From Diplonema japonicum (taxonomy: Eukaryota > Protista > Euglenozoa: Diplonemea): 64,000 nucleotides of DNA. The notes beneath the pieces were generated by a model. That model searched no databases, was not told the origin of the DNA, and saw nothing but the letters and a program-made list of their open reading frames with translations. The translations under genes were made by a program, and so were the position numbers. Shown here one piece after another: positions 13,561 through 28,048 of the stretch; position 1 is the stretch's first letter; every line of letters begins with the position of its first letter. Location of the stretch: the NCBI GenBank assembly GCA_964019335.1, contig OZ025655.1:796771-860770 (forward strand), written 5' to 3'.

Positions 13561-14919
13561 TTACTGAGCGTATGTGAATCCTGGGACAGGCACATGTGTG
13601 GCCTGCCTCCACATGCGGTCCAGGTAAACCATGAGGCAGTCAAAGGAGCTGCCGTTCACGGTGCCCCACAAAGTACCTACAGTTCTTTTAATGTCATCAG
13701 TGAACTGACCGAACTGATACACGTACCCGTTGAGAGTGTAGATCTGGATGCACGGCTGGCTATTGGACACTGCAGAGTGGTAGGTGACGATGTTGGTGAG
13801 GCTGTCGAAGAACGAAGGCTGCGGTTGGCCTGCAGAGCGCGATGGTGTGAAGGAAAAGTGCTTCGTTGAAATAAATAGTGTGCCTTGGATCTGTTTCTCA
13901 CCACCATTCACATAACTGCACTTGTACCCACACTCTAAAGTATCTCTCTCTGCCAGAGAAGAAAATACGGAGCGCCAAAGAGCAAGCAGCTCTTCATCAT
14001 CGTGCTTCCTCAGAGCAACTTCAGCACTGTGCGTCGTCTCTTTGACGAAGGATGTCGTGTGATGTGCTGCGGCCGAGATGCCCGATGAGAGCTTCGACAT
14101 GAACCCCTTTGGAGGGGGCTGCTGCTTCTTTGCGGAGTATTCAGCCTCTCGCTTCTCCTTGTCTGTGTTTATTTTGTCGATGTGCGCCCTCCACTTCTCC
14201 GTGGGTGTCGGTGCGTTGATCGCGGGTCTGTGGTGTGTTCAAGTGCTGTCTACGACATACGGTGGAACGGGTGGGGCTCCTGTGTACCTGAGGGGGCCAT
14301 CAGGATTAGTTTTAATCTGACACGGAGTGATCTGGGGTTGGTGGATGGGCATTGAATGGCCAGGGATGTACTGCGGCGCCATTGCTTGCGGAGGAGGTGC
14401 CGTCGCTTGAGGGGCTCCCGGGGGCGCTTGAGGGGCTCCTGGGGGAACTTGAACCTGATGCTGCGGTGGCGGCGGTCGTGGGTTGGTGGGTGCCGGGGGC
14501 GGACCTGGCATGGGCGGCGCCGTTGGCTGTGGAACATTCGCTGAGTCGAAGAATTTGCCTTGGGGTGCAGCCCCTTCAACATGAATCTGGAATGTTAGAG
14601 TGCCAACATCAATATCGTTTGAGGACAGCATCAGCTGGGTGGACTCATTGTTGTGGATTGTAGGGATATCACTTAAACGCGTTGTTATAGTTGCAATTTC
14701 GTTGCTCCCATTAAGCACGCTAAAGAGAATGTTGTCGTTGGTGTCAGTACACGGTAGCCTCATCTCATGTGCCCCCCATGTCATCCCGATGTTGCTTGGT
14801 GACCCCTGCGGGGTGCACTTCAGTTGGCTGCCTATGCTGATCTTACACACTGTGGCATCTGACGAAGGCCCTTTCCACTCCAGAATCCTGACAACGGCTT
14901 CTTGCCCATGACCCGACAT
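13561..14919 (-). CDS. C2-like domain + Pro-rich linker + GRAM-like domain protein
   Basis: ORFs 14239-15102 and 13561-14100 join in frame through a 33-nt intron at 14228-14260. YKCSYVNG..IQGTLFISTKHFSF resembles GRAM; the N-terminal beta-rich region resembles C2. Confidence 0.65.
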
Positions 14920-15144
14920 TAAACAAGTGGAAACAAGTGCTGGGATAGATAGTAGCAGAACAAACAAGTTAATAACACAAGCACAAAATTGTTTTACGCA
15001 ATAGATCGGCATGCCGTCGGTGCACCAGTGTGGCGACGATACCATGACGCCAAACACAAGAAGCACGCTCGAGCATGCTACGGCAATACTGAAATGTAAC
15101 AAACCGGAAAGATAAGAAATACAGAAGTTTATACTACAGGGTAC

Positions 15145-17023
15145 CTAGCGACCTTCATCAAAGGTGAAGCTGCTAATCATATCAGCGAAGACACTATCCG
15201 CCAAGTGAGGGAAGTAGGTGACGGAAGCAACGAACTCAAGAACGAACTTAAGGCCTTGTTTGATAGTGATCATCCTGAGCACCGTTGCGCGACTTGGCTG
15301 CGGCATAGCGAGCTCAAGGCATCCCTTGTAAGGTTGTGAGTCGGCTGTGAATACAACCTCTAATGCAGGGTACGAGGCGAGCTGGGTTACGGTCGAGTGG
15401 TGAACGGTGGCTTCTTGGGTTGCCAACTCACCCATTTCTGCGACTAATATCTCTTGTAGGCATTCGTTAGGGTCATGGGGGACGTCAGTGTCCAAAGTGT
15501 CGAGAACACGCACTTGCACGTAGAACTCTCGGAGCAGCCTCCCTTTTCTGTCGGGTTCCTTCCCCAACAACCTTGACCCAGATGGCAAACAGAACACTAC
15601 ATATGGGTCGCCTATAAAAGGCTCGAATGCTCGCATTTCTGTTGGAAGCAACAGCGAAAACCCATGTGTGGGAGAGTAGTACTTGAGCGATGAAGCTGTG
15701 TGTTATTGTGTTATTATGCAAGTGTTGGTGCATACTCTGGCCATGTTTTTCATCACATCGCATCGTATTAGCAACGTTGTAGACAGACCGTGCCACATTT
15801 ACCCGTTCGTCGCTGTGGCAGACCGAAGACAACACGAACAAGTCTCCTTTCCGGAGCCACATGTAAACAATAAAGCAAAGACTTGTGTTTCCGGAGCACG
15901 ATTTGTAATAAGAGAATGCTACTGCATCCAGCTCTTCGGGTCCTTTTAGGACCAGTGATCGTGTAAGAGAGTTGACGATGTCAGTGGAGACGCGCCTGCC
16001 CTTCTCGTCGGGGATGAGGCAGTTATCATTTTCTTCGTCCACATCGAGCCGTGCCCACAGGATGACATCTTCTGCCGAAGGTGACTCTTGTAGCACTTGC
16101 TGGCGATACAGCTGTGCTGCATATCTGATACCTGCAAGTGCAGATTTCTGTTTCCGCTCCCTTGGGGGGGACACTGTTGGGTTCTCGAAATTGATGACCG
16201 GCAGATCTGCCGGTTCGGCATCGAGTCGAAGGATTGATGCACCGCCCTCTGGCTTTTCGACCGTGCTGAACTGCACAACTTCTCTCCAAGACCTGCCGCC
16301 CGTTGCCGGAGTGGACTCCACATGGTATTGGGAGGCAGGTACTTGAAGAGACACGCCGTACTTTGGGTCTGTAAAGATCAGGGACGAGTCAGATGGTGAT
16401 GGGGGGCGAATCCTGATGCGAGAGGCAAATCCTTTGACTTTTTCAAGCGACGAAAAGGAGGTCACAGGGCTAGAGTAACTGAGGCTGTACACAGCGCTTC
16501 CAAGCTGAGCAACGACTGAGAACACCTTCCGCTTAACACCGTCGCCGTCAGCGCAGTGGTAGCAGAACTGAATAGCAGGCAGGTTCCCCAGCAGTGTCTC
16601 CTCGAACATGTCCACGTCAAGCTCTTCGTCTTCCATCTCTTCCAACGTGCGTAAGCTCTTGTCCACATACTCCTGCAATGAGGTGGGTTCTTCAGTCGAG
16701 CAATCGTGGACTTGCACAGTCACAGCAGCCCCTATTGCTGCGTCTCCAGTGTCTTCCAATACGCGAAATTCTAAAACAGCAAAGGGTGCCCTCCTGTGCA
16801 CGGGCTCCCGCAGCACCATAGCTGCGGGGTCATACAACAGCACTATCCCTATTCGCTTCTCCTCCCACCTCGAAAGCCCATCGTTCTTCTGGCGCTCTTC
16901 TGATTTTTGCCGTTTTTTTATCAACAACCGTCTGCCCGTGTACCAGAGACATGCAGCTGTCCCTAACAAGCCTGCCAACCCACCTGCAGCCCTGCCCACA
17001 ACCAGGATCCTACTTTTTTTCAT
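15145..17023 (-). CDS. Membrane-anchored protein with repeated PsbP/Mog1(DcrB)-like domains
   Basis: N-terminal TM helix. Three similar units start with x-x-x-G-(I/V/F)-(S/V)-L-x-x-P and end near F...(A/I)SS(I/F). A 40-nt intron at 15696-15735 joins the two ORFs in frame. Confidence 0.55.
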
Positions 17024-18631
17024 GGCTACGATCTCCTAGTGCTGAATATGAGCCTAAATGAAGAGAGCAGAATTAGAGAATAAATCATAACTTAATAAAG
17101 AACGAAATTGTGTAAATAACTGAAGGGATTCTCAACAGATATTTAGTAGTAACTATTTATTGCGCCACACATCTCTAACCGTCAGCAAGGCCGGGCTTAG
17201 GGATTTGAAGAACCTTCCAAAGATCGGTTGAGATTCCTTTCTGAAAAATAATTCATATCTTCTCATCATCGGGGAAACATCCTTTCCGAGGCGGGTTAGG
17301 AAAAGAAATCTACAAAGAAACTTTTTGTATTTGGCAAGGTGTTGGAGGGGTGCCTCTTCTGTGTTGTTTCCCAGGCGGGTTAAGGATTGGAATCGAGAGG
17401 AGGGGACTTCACCCTGACTTGGGGTGGCTCGACGTTTGGCTGCTCCTGACGGTTCACGTAGTCCTCGAGGATGGCTTTTGACTTCCAACACTGCCTGTCG
17501 GGCTGATTTTCTTCCAAAGTGCACATTGAGGTTCTGTACTCGAAATCTGGTCATCAAACAAACCGACCATGCCCAGTCTCCCGTGTTGAACCGCAAACTC
17601 TGACTGCCGACGCTGTGAAGTGCGGGAAACAGGTGACCGCAAAGCGAGATGTGTTGCAATTGAGTGCTGGCTTCCTTGAGCCTTGAAGCGCTCGAAGGCC
17701 GACCTCAGTATGCGGGTAGCAAGACGAATTTGTCGATGACAAAAACGACAGTCGCGAAAACACTGCATAAACAACTTACTCAAACCGTTTGCATGAAGAC
17801 TGCACAGATGATGAACAAAGTAGCTCGTAACAAGCGTTTTGTGCAATGTTAGCACTAGGTTTCTTTGATGCTTCTCGGCACAGACGACGAGACTCATAGG
17901 ATTCTCGATAGGGGCGCAAAGAGGGAGAAAGGGCTCACGAGGGGGCAGAACAGCCTGTGCCTGGCAATTTTCGTTCGCTGGGCCACCCTAATGGCCTGGC
18001 GTCCGCGAAAGTATTTTTGAAGGATTACCGCTGCGACACTTGTTAGTGATGCAGGGGGGGTGGAAGGACAGACGCTTCGTCAGTGGTTGATGATGTTGAG
18101 TGGGTGGTGTAGTCAAATTCATCATCTTTACTGCTGTACTCACACACCTCCTGTAAGTCGATCACACATCCGTTCTGTGATTCTGCCAGGTCAGGGGGCT
18201 CTGGTGCATGCCACAAGTTATCTCGTTTTGTTCACAGGTCGGTGATCACATCCTTCTTCGTCTTTCCAACTACGGGGAGTGTGCTCACCCGCGAGAACGA
18301 GCGCCTCCTCTCGTTCATTTGTACCTATTTTACTTAAATGTACTACAAGAATGATCTAATAGAAGTAACAATATGTTACACAAGCCTCAGCACTCATCCA
18401 AACAACTGGGCCAGACAATGAACGCAACATGCAAAAGAGAAATGAGAGAGAATGGAAGAAAAAAGAGAGAAACTATAAAGAAGAAGAAATAGTGTTTGCT
18501 ATTAAGTCCTAGATCCTGAACGAACAGAAGCAGAAGGTGGTCAGACAAAAGATTCCATAACAAATTTCTAGTTCCACAAACCTGCTAAACAAATAACGGC
18601 GAGTCATAAGTCATAACTACAGCTGTTGCTC

Positions 18632-21600
18632 TTAGATTACAGCTTTTTGCTTCGTACGTGCGCTTTCAACGAGCTGCGTAAAATCAGGGGTAGCCGGCAG
18701 ATTGATGCGCTTTGCCCGTTCTGCAGATGGTGCCGCCGAACCGGGTGTATATGGGGAAGTAGGCTTCGAAGACCTTTTGCTGGAAATAGGGGGCGCTTCG
18801 GAAACACGGGAAGGTGTGAAGCTTCCCTGTCCAGCACGGCTTTGTTCTCCATTAGATAAGTATTCGAAGGCCCCAAACTTTTCGTCGCTATTGCTAGAAC
18901 CGAACTTATCGCTCGTCTGGGAGTACGCTGGACGGGCGCGAGAACGGTTGGTGTTTGTGTCTCCGTTGGTCCTTTTGCTGGACTTGCTGAAGAAATCGGA
19001 CGTATTCCCCACATCATTCGCATCATCATCATCTTTCCACGGGTCATAGGGGTGCACGCTTTGTGCCGGCACATGCGACCCAAGCTTTCTCTCAGGCAAG
19101 CTGGGATGCTCTTCAGGCTGCCACTTTGGCCGCTCATGGTAAGTTGAAGGTGGCTGATGCGGCCGTTGCTGCGGTGTGTTAGACTGCACAGCTAGGTGGC
19201 GCCTGCCATTAGATGAATAGTACGTCTCATCAGGGATGGCAGGGAAGTCATGTTTAGGTCTTGTATCAGATCGGCTGGAAGGCCTTTGTAACTGTTGATT
19301 CTTTCTTTTATCCATTTCGAGCTGCTCGATCTTCTGCTTCAGTAACTTCGATTCCTTTTCCATTCTTTGGATACGGCCTACACGCTGCCTGTCAGATGCA
19401 GTTGTAGGGACGCCTGTACTATAGGGAGCAAGAGGGTTCATTCTTGGTGTTGGCGGCAGTGGCGCCGGTTCTTTTATCTCAATCGCTGGAGGGAGCTCAA
19501 CTTCGGACACGGGGCTGAGAATCTTAGGATTTGTAATCTCCTCAGGTGGTGGTGTCTTGAGATCGGGGAGTGCACGACCAAAAGCAAGAGCCAATGAAAC
19601 TTTTTGCCAGTAGACCGACCGCAGGCTCGACCACAAAACGATAGACTTCGTCTTAGAGCGTAATCTGCCCCACCTTCTCTTCGCTCTGGTGCTTGCGTTA
19701 TCGGGTGCTTCTATCTCAAAGGTCACAGCGTGGTTTGTGAAGGAAGCGAACTTGAATGTGTTCGGGATCAGCTCAGGGAATCTCAGAGGGAACTCGCCTT
19801 CGTACTCGAAACACCTTCCTCTTAACAGCACCGTGTACGTCGTCTCGGGATGCAGCTTGAATTGGTTTACGGCATCCCACGCAAAACCAGTTGGGTCCTG
19901 GAGGTGTCCACATCCTCCTTTTTCGGCCACCTTCCTAATCGACTTTTCATCCCACTTTTCAAACAAGGGGTCCAGCGCCATAAGGATCCTTGCCGCCTGA
20001 ACTCCGCACTGTTTCCACAAGGAATTCGAAACTGATTTGTTTTCCAGCAAAAGTTCTAGCTTCTCAGGTGAGAGATAAATAACATGGCACTCGCTCGTGG
20101 TGACCACATCGTCAAACCTCGACGAACCTGTCAACAAGCGTTGCAGCCCTACGGTGTACCCTGATCCGTATTTGAAAATTTTCCTGCCGACTCTAACCTC
20201 GAGGATACCGCCTACAATGAGAAAGATTCCTCCTTTAAGCATTTCACTCAAATTCTTCTTCGCCTCGATGGTTTGGCTTGAGCCAGCAAAAGCATTGTTG
20301 ATCATCGACTGACCATGATCATCGCACTCCTCGAACCACTTAGCTAAATGCACTGCCTGACTGTCACTAGGGAGGAGCAGGTCGTTCGGGAACTTGTTCT
20401 TGAGCTTTTTCATTTGCGACTCGATCATCGGCACAAGTGCCATTCTGTCCCCTTCGTCCAGTCTCCCTTCTTTGGCCATCTTCTGTGTGGCGTGTTTCAT
20501 GGAGTTCAGTATGGACCTTGCAGCGTGTTTGGTTTTGATGCTTACACTGATGCTGGGCATCATAGCTGTGTTCTCGTTGATGATCTTCCTTGTCTCCGTG
20601 ATAACCCGTTTGCAGTGCGTCTCTATCCTGGAAGCGACTGCTCTGTCGCATAATTGCCTTACGTGCGTCTTAGCTAACTCGTGGCAGTGAGCGAAACCAA
20701 GCGACACTTCCAAGGCATGCACAAGCTTCCACAGAGACATCCTCCTACCAAGCGATGTACCAGCGAGTCGTTTGATGGCGAACGTGTCCTGGAAGAAGAG
20801 CCTAGCGCTGTCAACCTCCATCATCCCAGCCTTGTCGTATGAGGTGAAGGCCAAGTGCTCCAGATCACGTGCTACACTAGAGCCCAGTTGCCCGTAGGCA
20901 TACTGCTTGTGGATCCCACTGTGTATCGAGTTGTAGTAAGCGCTGAGTCCCTCTTCCCACAGCTTTTCCTCAATCATATCATCGTGTGGGTCAAAGACTT
21001 TTTCTTGTTTGCTCATGTAGGGGTTTTGGGATTTCGAGGGCAACAATGTTCCGGGGTCCGTGTACTTATTAACAAACTCCCAGTTGCAGTCATAGTAAGC
21101 TGTGGCAGTCATTTCGTTCCATCCAAGATTCTGAATTTCGGCTTTTCTAAACTCCTGCAGCTTGGAATAAGTATCACGCATTATCTTCTTTCTTCTCTCT
21201 GAAACGGCGTCGAGCTCAAAGTACTTCACGAGGTTCTGAGTGGTAACGCCATTGACAAGCAGTGTCAAAATCACTATCCCAGCAACGTGGAAGATGAATT
21301 TCTCACGCACGTTCTCCACCACCACCCTGTCGTCGGCCTGTTATTAGGTGTGCTAGTTTAGTTATTTAAGTACCTGAATAATAAGTGCGAGCGCAAGACC
21401 GACAGCACCCCTCAGCCCACCCCATGCCACGAGAGCCGAACTCCCAAGATCGAGCTTGTACTCGAAACGCCTAAGTATCGGCGTGAAGAGAATGAGGACG
21501 AAGGTTCTCACCACATTTATCTGTAATAATTTAACTATTTAATGTCCGCGCTGCATACCGTGACGTAGATGATAAGTAGGTAGACCACATCCCTACCTGT

Positions 21601-23690
21601 GATTGTGTCGAATGCCTTCAGGGCGACGATCATGCCAGCCAGCGCAAAAATGCATGTGTTGGTCAAGTAAACGGTCATGGTCCAGAATTCGTGGAGAGAA
21701 TGCTCTACTTCGGGAGAGATACATTGCTTATAATACGACATATAGCAGCCCAAGACCACAAGTCCAAGCACACCACTTACATGCAAAAATCCTTCACAGA
21801 CGAAGAAGGTGATGTAAGCTGAACATAGTGTGGCAGTGATCTCAATCAGACTGTCGTTGAACACACGGCCCACGCCGTTCACTGTGATGACGCCGAATAT
21901 CAATCCAACCAGTGGGCCGCCAAAAGACACCTTGCAGAACTCGATGATAATTTCGATGACATTCAAGGGGATCTTGCAGTCCACGGTGCACTCGCATTGA
22001 TCGTAGCAAGTATCCCAAACTGCTTCGCAGCCCCCACCAGAGCCCCTCTCAACGGACGATTTCAGCACTGTGAAGAATACTATAGCCGTCCCGTCATTGA
22101 AAAGAGACTCGCCCTCAATCATGGTAGAGATCAACGTAGGGGCGCCCAGATCCTTAAGTAGCGCAACGACAGCCACAGGGTCTGTCGCCGACAGGATGGT
22201 CCCAAACAGCAGACACGCAGGGAAAGTCCAGTTGTAATCCGTAAAGACGGTGTGCGCCACCAGGCCTGTAATGGTAGAGGCGACGATAAGTCCAGGACCC
22301 GCAAGCAGAATGCACTGCCAAACCACTTTTTTGAACACAGGTATCTCCATAGCGAAAGCGCTCTCAAAAATAAGAACAGGTAGAAAGATGTAGAAGATCA
22401 TATGAGGGTTCATAAAGGCAAGTTCTTCATATCTTTCCATCTTGTCTTTCATCGACTCCAGCTTCCCTAAACTACCATAGCCGATCCCGATAAGGAATAC
22501 CACAACCGTGTAGGGCACCTGTGTGTGTGTGTGGTATGCAGTTGGACATACCTTTGTGTCAAGAAAGATAAAGCGGACGAAGGCACCCATGGTGAAAGTG
22601 CCGAAAATCACAAGTATGTTGTAGGGTGGGGCTGTTTGATTTGAGTGGTTTGTGGTTTGTGCATACCTCCGTGGTTCAGCTCATGCTCAATGGTTCCGTC
22701 GGATTCAAGGTTCGCAAAAGCGGGCACAACGATGTGCTTGTTCTGTTCCACCTCCCGGTAGTTCTCAATGTCAATTAGAACTTGAGGCGAGACGTGATCT
22801 GGGCACGATTTTTCGAACCAAGTGAAATTATCTTTCCTGTTTACGTCCCAATGCACCGGGACGCAGTAGCCGAACTCTATTGTGTGCATTTCTGTCTCGC
22901 ACCTAGATTCACAACGATGTACTTTCGGGTTGTACGTGCAGCCGTGTGCGTGATCGCAGTGCTCGCGATCAGCGTCATTGCATGCTCTGCAACTCCCTTT
23001 CACCCACCAGCAGCCGGTTTCGTTGCATTCCTCTTCTTTACCGTCGAGCTTCACACACGTTGCTTCACTAATTTTATCCTGCACGGCTGGTGGTAGCACA
23101 GGTGCCGCACTAGAGAGAGGGACATAGAAACTCTGTGCTCCTGTCAACCCGTGGTACCCAAAAGTTGTGTTGACCACAGGCAAGTTGGCACCTGTGGCAC
23201 TGATCATATCAATTTGGGTAGCATTGATGTCAAAAGAGTAGTACTTCCCAGACAAGGACCTGCTCAGTGTCACAGTCCTCCAGTTGCCATTCAGTACGTT
23301 GCTTTGGATAGATACATCATTAGGTACTGACGTGCCCCGCGTCCCAGCACCCAGCACCCACGTCTCGATCACTGAAGAGCCTGACGCAACAATGGTATAC
23401 ACATCCTGCATACTTGCTGCCCCGGTGGCGGTTGTGTTTTCGCTGAAGCCGACAGCGAACCAGCTGTTTGAAGGTCCCTTGATGGTGATAAGGGCAGTGT
23501 CAACATTGGGGTCAAGGGTGATATCCAGTTCGTCTATCCATGGCACAGGGGGGACAGGCCCTCCTCCGTGCACATCATCAAGCAAGGGCGCGCCTTGTGG
23601 TGTCGTTGGGACACTGGGGGTAGTTGAAGCACAGATAGTAGTACACAGTAACAACAAGAGGACACGCACAAGCCATATAGAAGAATCCAT
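18632..23690 (-). CDS. SOS1/NhaP-type (CPA1) Na+/H+ antiporter with N-terminal signal peptide, DOMON-like and Cys-rich ectodomain, and cytosolic cNMP-binding-like tail
   Basis: Motifs FLPVLIFESAF, SATDPVAVVALL, EGESLFNDGTAIV, SGVLGLV, WGGLRGAVGLALAL. Introns at 22632-22666, 22519-22551, 21521-21558 and 21338-21373 join the three ORFs in frame. WFAVGFS...NWRTVTLSRSL is DOMON-like. Confidence 0.85.
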
Positions 23691-23738
23691 CTCCGCCTGA
23701 ATAAAGGTTAAATGCGTGCATGGATAAGATGCATCAGT

Positions 23739-24426
23739 TTAAATAGTCTCGGTGGTGCCGTTATGGTCACCATCTGTAGGGGGGGTTCTAATGGGGTTGC
23801 GTCTTAGGGGGGCGCGCAATGGCGCTCTTGACAGTGGGCGCTGAGGTTGATGGGGTGCATCTGTTGCACTTGACGAAATACTAGAATTAGAGACTCCGCG
23901 CCTCTTAGGCATGGGGGGCATTTTCATATTTCTTTTTATTTCTGGCTGTTTTTCTGCAGCTGGTTTTTTCCCTTCTGCACCACCTCTGCTCAGACGCTGC
24001 TTTTCAAGGATGTATTCCTTCGCCTGCTTTGCGGCAGTGTTATCTGTGGTGTCTTGTGCTGCATATTTTCCTTTTGGGACGACAGGTTTCTTGTCCTGCG
24101 GGTGGTTGCCTCTCACCCGTGCCCTTTGTTGGGTTGCCATCTTCGTTTGTATAATCTCGCTATGTTCGTGGTTTTGTTCTATCCACTTCCACGCTACTGC
24201 CAAGTCAGCAAACGATCGCGCCATCCTCCGCTTCCCTTCTTCATCCAATGCAGGGTTCATGTCAGGGTGCATCGCTTTTGCCAATTTCCGATACTCTGTT
24301 TTGATGGCAGGCAGGTCAAAGTCCCTTCTCACACCGAGCAGCTGTGAGCGTGTTTACTTGGTTGGTCGATACCTTGTAGGGGTCCGCCCCTGGAGCCGCA
24401 AGGCAACGCAGTGTCCCACGTAACAT
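23739..24426 (-). CDS. DnaJ (J-domain) protein, probable mitochondrial targeting peptide
   Basis: MLRGTLRCLAAPGADPYK, 31-nt intron at 24342-24372, then LLGVRR...YRKLAKAMHPD with the HPD motif. Confidence 0.8.
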
Positions 24427-24474
24427 GTTCCCTGACTAGTGATATGCATTGAAGCCAGCAAAGATAGATAGTAA

Positions 24475-25041
24475 CTATATCACAACAAGCTGCTCTTCGG
24501 GCTGAAACAAGTCCGGCCGGAAATAGTAAATTAGGTAGAGGTGTAATGCAATCATCAAAATGGGTATCGACATGACAACCCACAGCGGCAGCAGGGCCTC
24601 CGGCGTTAATGGGGCTTTAGTTCGCTCAGACATGGATGCTAAAACACGTTGCCTAGCAGCCTCGTTGTTATTTGCCTTAAACTCCTGCATCTGGATATCA
24701 TTCAATTGTTCTTGCGTAAAAACCTGTGGACAAAAGGTCTGCTTAAGGTTAGAGGTCCTGTTGATGCTTTGGAGCCGTATTGGTCGGTCACGCGTGTTCA
24801 CCATAAAGTCCTCCATTCTTCGGACTTCGTCCTTCGTGATACCTCTTCTACTGACTGGCCACATCCACGAGAATAGCAGCTCCCTCTTGCCCAATCTTCG
24901 CGGCTTCACCTGATTAATACCAAGCAGTTCCAACGGGATGGGGTTCTCCTTGTCCACGTGTTGACAGCTGCCTTGGTCGACCATCGCTTTTAGTTCAATC
25001 TCGCCTGCCAGCACAGCAGCTGCTTCGTCGTTCTTATGCAT
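24475..25041 (-). CDS. Hypothetical protein with C-terminal TM helix
   Basis: 188-aa ORF on the cluster strand; hydrophobic segment LLPLWVVMSIPILMIALHLYLIYYF. Confidence 0.6.
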   Translation of the reverse strand: MHKNDEAAAVLAGEIELKAMVDQGSCQHVDKENPIPLELLGINQVKPRRLGKRELLFSWMWPVSRRGITKDEVRRMEDFMVNTRDRPIRLQSINRTSNLKQTFCPQVFTQEQLNDIQMQEFKANNNEAARQRVLASMSERTKAPLTPEALLPLWVVMSIPILMIALHLYLIYYFRPDLFQPEEQLVVI

Positions 25042-25086
25042 CTTGCTCTGCGAATGTTGTACTCGATGTCAAGCTCAAAAACTTTA

Positions 25087-26451
25087 CTATAGGATAGGTG
25101 ACGAAGCTGCTTTCGTGGTTAACGATGACTGTAAATTGTCTTTCTACCGTATTATGTTGCATACTTTGCTAAAGCGATAGTAGCAGTACAAACCAGCAAG
25201 GTGCGTGAAGAAGAGCAGTGTAAACCCTGTGCAGCGTTAAACTACTGTTTCTAGTAACATACCAGATGTGTTGTCTTTCTGGGCACCTGTAAAAAGAAAG
25301 ACAACGACCAGGAAGTTCATCGGGAATCTAAAGAAATTCGAAATAGCAGCACGAGACTCTTCTGGGATGTGTTGAGCACGAAGTGATGCGTATGTGGGGA
25401 AGAAAAGACCACACATGCATTCAAACAGTAGAAACGATCCAAACACCAACTCCTTGTTGTCTGGGAGCACAATTGGAATAAGCGATGTCAAGGCAGGCAC
25501 GCCATGTAGAACGTACGGCAGTTGTGGGACGGGCGTCAACGTCGAGACCTCAAAGACCAACGACCCGACCATGATGCACGTCATAAACGATGCGAAGATG
25601 ACACCGTAGGGCAGGCTGGCCTTGGTTTGTGGCGTACTTATGGCGGGAGTCCACAAAAATACCCATGTGAACATAGCAGCCTCAAAACATGACTGTGCGA
25701 GCCCTAACCACATTAAGTGCGAACTAGATTTTAATAACTCGTATCCTCGTGCAACTGGTGAGACTGAGCGGTTTCCGAAGTTCTCCCCCCAAGAGCACAT
25801 AATAACTGCAATGATAACTAAAAGGGGCAACACTGCTAGAACAAATGGTGCCACGAAACCATACATGTCCGCCACCGTAGACGCAGCCATCCCTGCCAGG
25901 ACAGCAACTAGCCCGTTGATCTGTGTTGCCCAAGCAAAGGTGTTGTCCAGCAAGTTTGCTGCGTAGCCCCGTGAGCGATGTTCAGACACCATCCAAGCCT
26001 CGAATGTGGTTGTTAGCAACGAAGTAGCGATGCCCGCCAGAACCCGTCCAAACATCAGCACCCAGTAGTTGGGAACAAGCTTTGTCAGTGCAGATATCAT
26101 GTAGGTTAAGCAGAACACTAGACACATCAGCTTCCTGCCGTGCTTGTCGCTAATGGCACCGCAGTACGTCCCACAGATCATAGAGCTCAGGAAGCCTGCG
26201 ACGAACAGCTCCGCGATGTCCTTCTTGGTGAACCCGTAAGAGTCGTAAAGTGCGTACACATAAGGGCCTTTCAACCAATCGCTGAACATGACCAGCCCAT
26301 AAACAAGGAGGTAGTTTCGTTGGAATCCCCTGAACTGTCCGTTTCCACCTTTCGCTGAATCATCTTTTTTGTCGTCTCTCTTTCCAGACCGCAGTGTAAT
26401 CCAGCCACACACGTAAATCCCGATGAGGACCACTAAGGCACCATGGTACAT
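25087..26451 (-). CDS. MFSD5: MFS transporter, MFSD5/MOT2 (molybdate-anion transporter) family
   Basis: FQRNYLLVYGLVMFSDWLKGPYVYALY, GRVLAGIATSLL..FEAWMVSEH, IPEESRA. Two 36-nt introns (25227-25262, 25129-25164) complete the C-terminus. Confidence 0.85.
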
Positions 26452-27161
26452 TATGCTGGCAAGTCACTTGAACAGACAGAACGAAAGAAAAAAGTGAAGA
26501 AAAGACGAAGTTAAATAGGGCGAGGGGGGGGGGGGGGGGGGGCTAATACACTGCTACTGCTTCCTTGCTCTCGAAAGACAAGGCCTTGTCGCCTTATTCA
26601 TTCACAATGCCACAGGTGGCATTAATGTATCGTGACAATGCCGCTCAAACCGCACTCGGGTCATACGAGCGATAGTGACAGGCATGCAAACACTTCGACT
26701 GTTTATGTGGAAGCAAAAGGAAAGACCAACTGTTCTGTTAAATCTAGCTAAAGAAGGAAAGGGGTGAAGGGATAAAAGAAATAAAGGAGTGGAAACATAA
26801 AAGAAAAAAGAGGGGATAGCAACAAAAAAGAGAGTAAACGAAAAAACACAGACAGGAATGATGGATCTCAGAACTACTTGTGGATGTTGTTGTCAAAGCA
26901 GCAGCTACGCAGCACGGCGCCCTTGCTAAAGGGTTGCCTACATAGGAGTAGTTCTTTCAACTCTTGCAGAATGAACCAACACAGGCCATTCTGCATCATA
27001 AATTAATTCACAGGCTGTTCTGTGCATCTATAAATTAAAAGAGGATAGAAGAGTGGATATTTACAAGGCATTCTTAGCCGTGTCTCGTTCTGTCTTCTAT
27101 GGATAGTGATCCGTCGACGGCTTGATGCACAGGAACAAAAACAACAAAAGGGGGCGACAGC

Positions 27162-27827
<666 letters not shown>

Positions 27828-28048
27828 TTAACCCAGATACCTTTGTGGTTGACGAGGAGTATGGCTTCACCATGTTAAGCGGGTCTAAAATACAACATTT
27901 AAGCGCTGATTCTTCATCCCAATGTCAAACAAGAAGGGGATACAATAATCAAGGGAACGGGATACAAACAAAGGGAACAGAGAATCGAATCGTTGACGCT
28001 GCAACTAAATTTTCTGAGCAGAAAGGCTGCTTTCTTCTTAAACAGTGC

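Noticed and set aside
17589-17600. Telomerase RNA template (CCGCAAAC) matching the 8-mer array
   Set aside because: Only one unit matches, it is on the strand opposite to cluster transcription, and it is compatible with chance.
18043-18318. Antizyme-like +1 frameshift at CTG-TGA
   Set aside because: The +1 frame closes after about 23 codons and shows no antizyme motifs.
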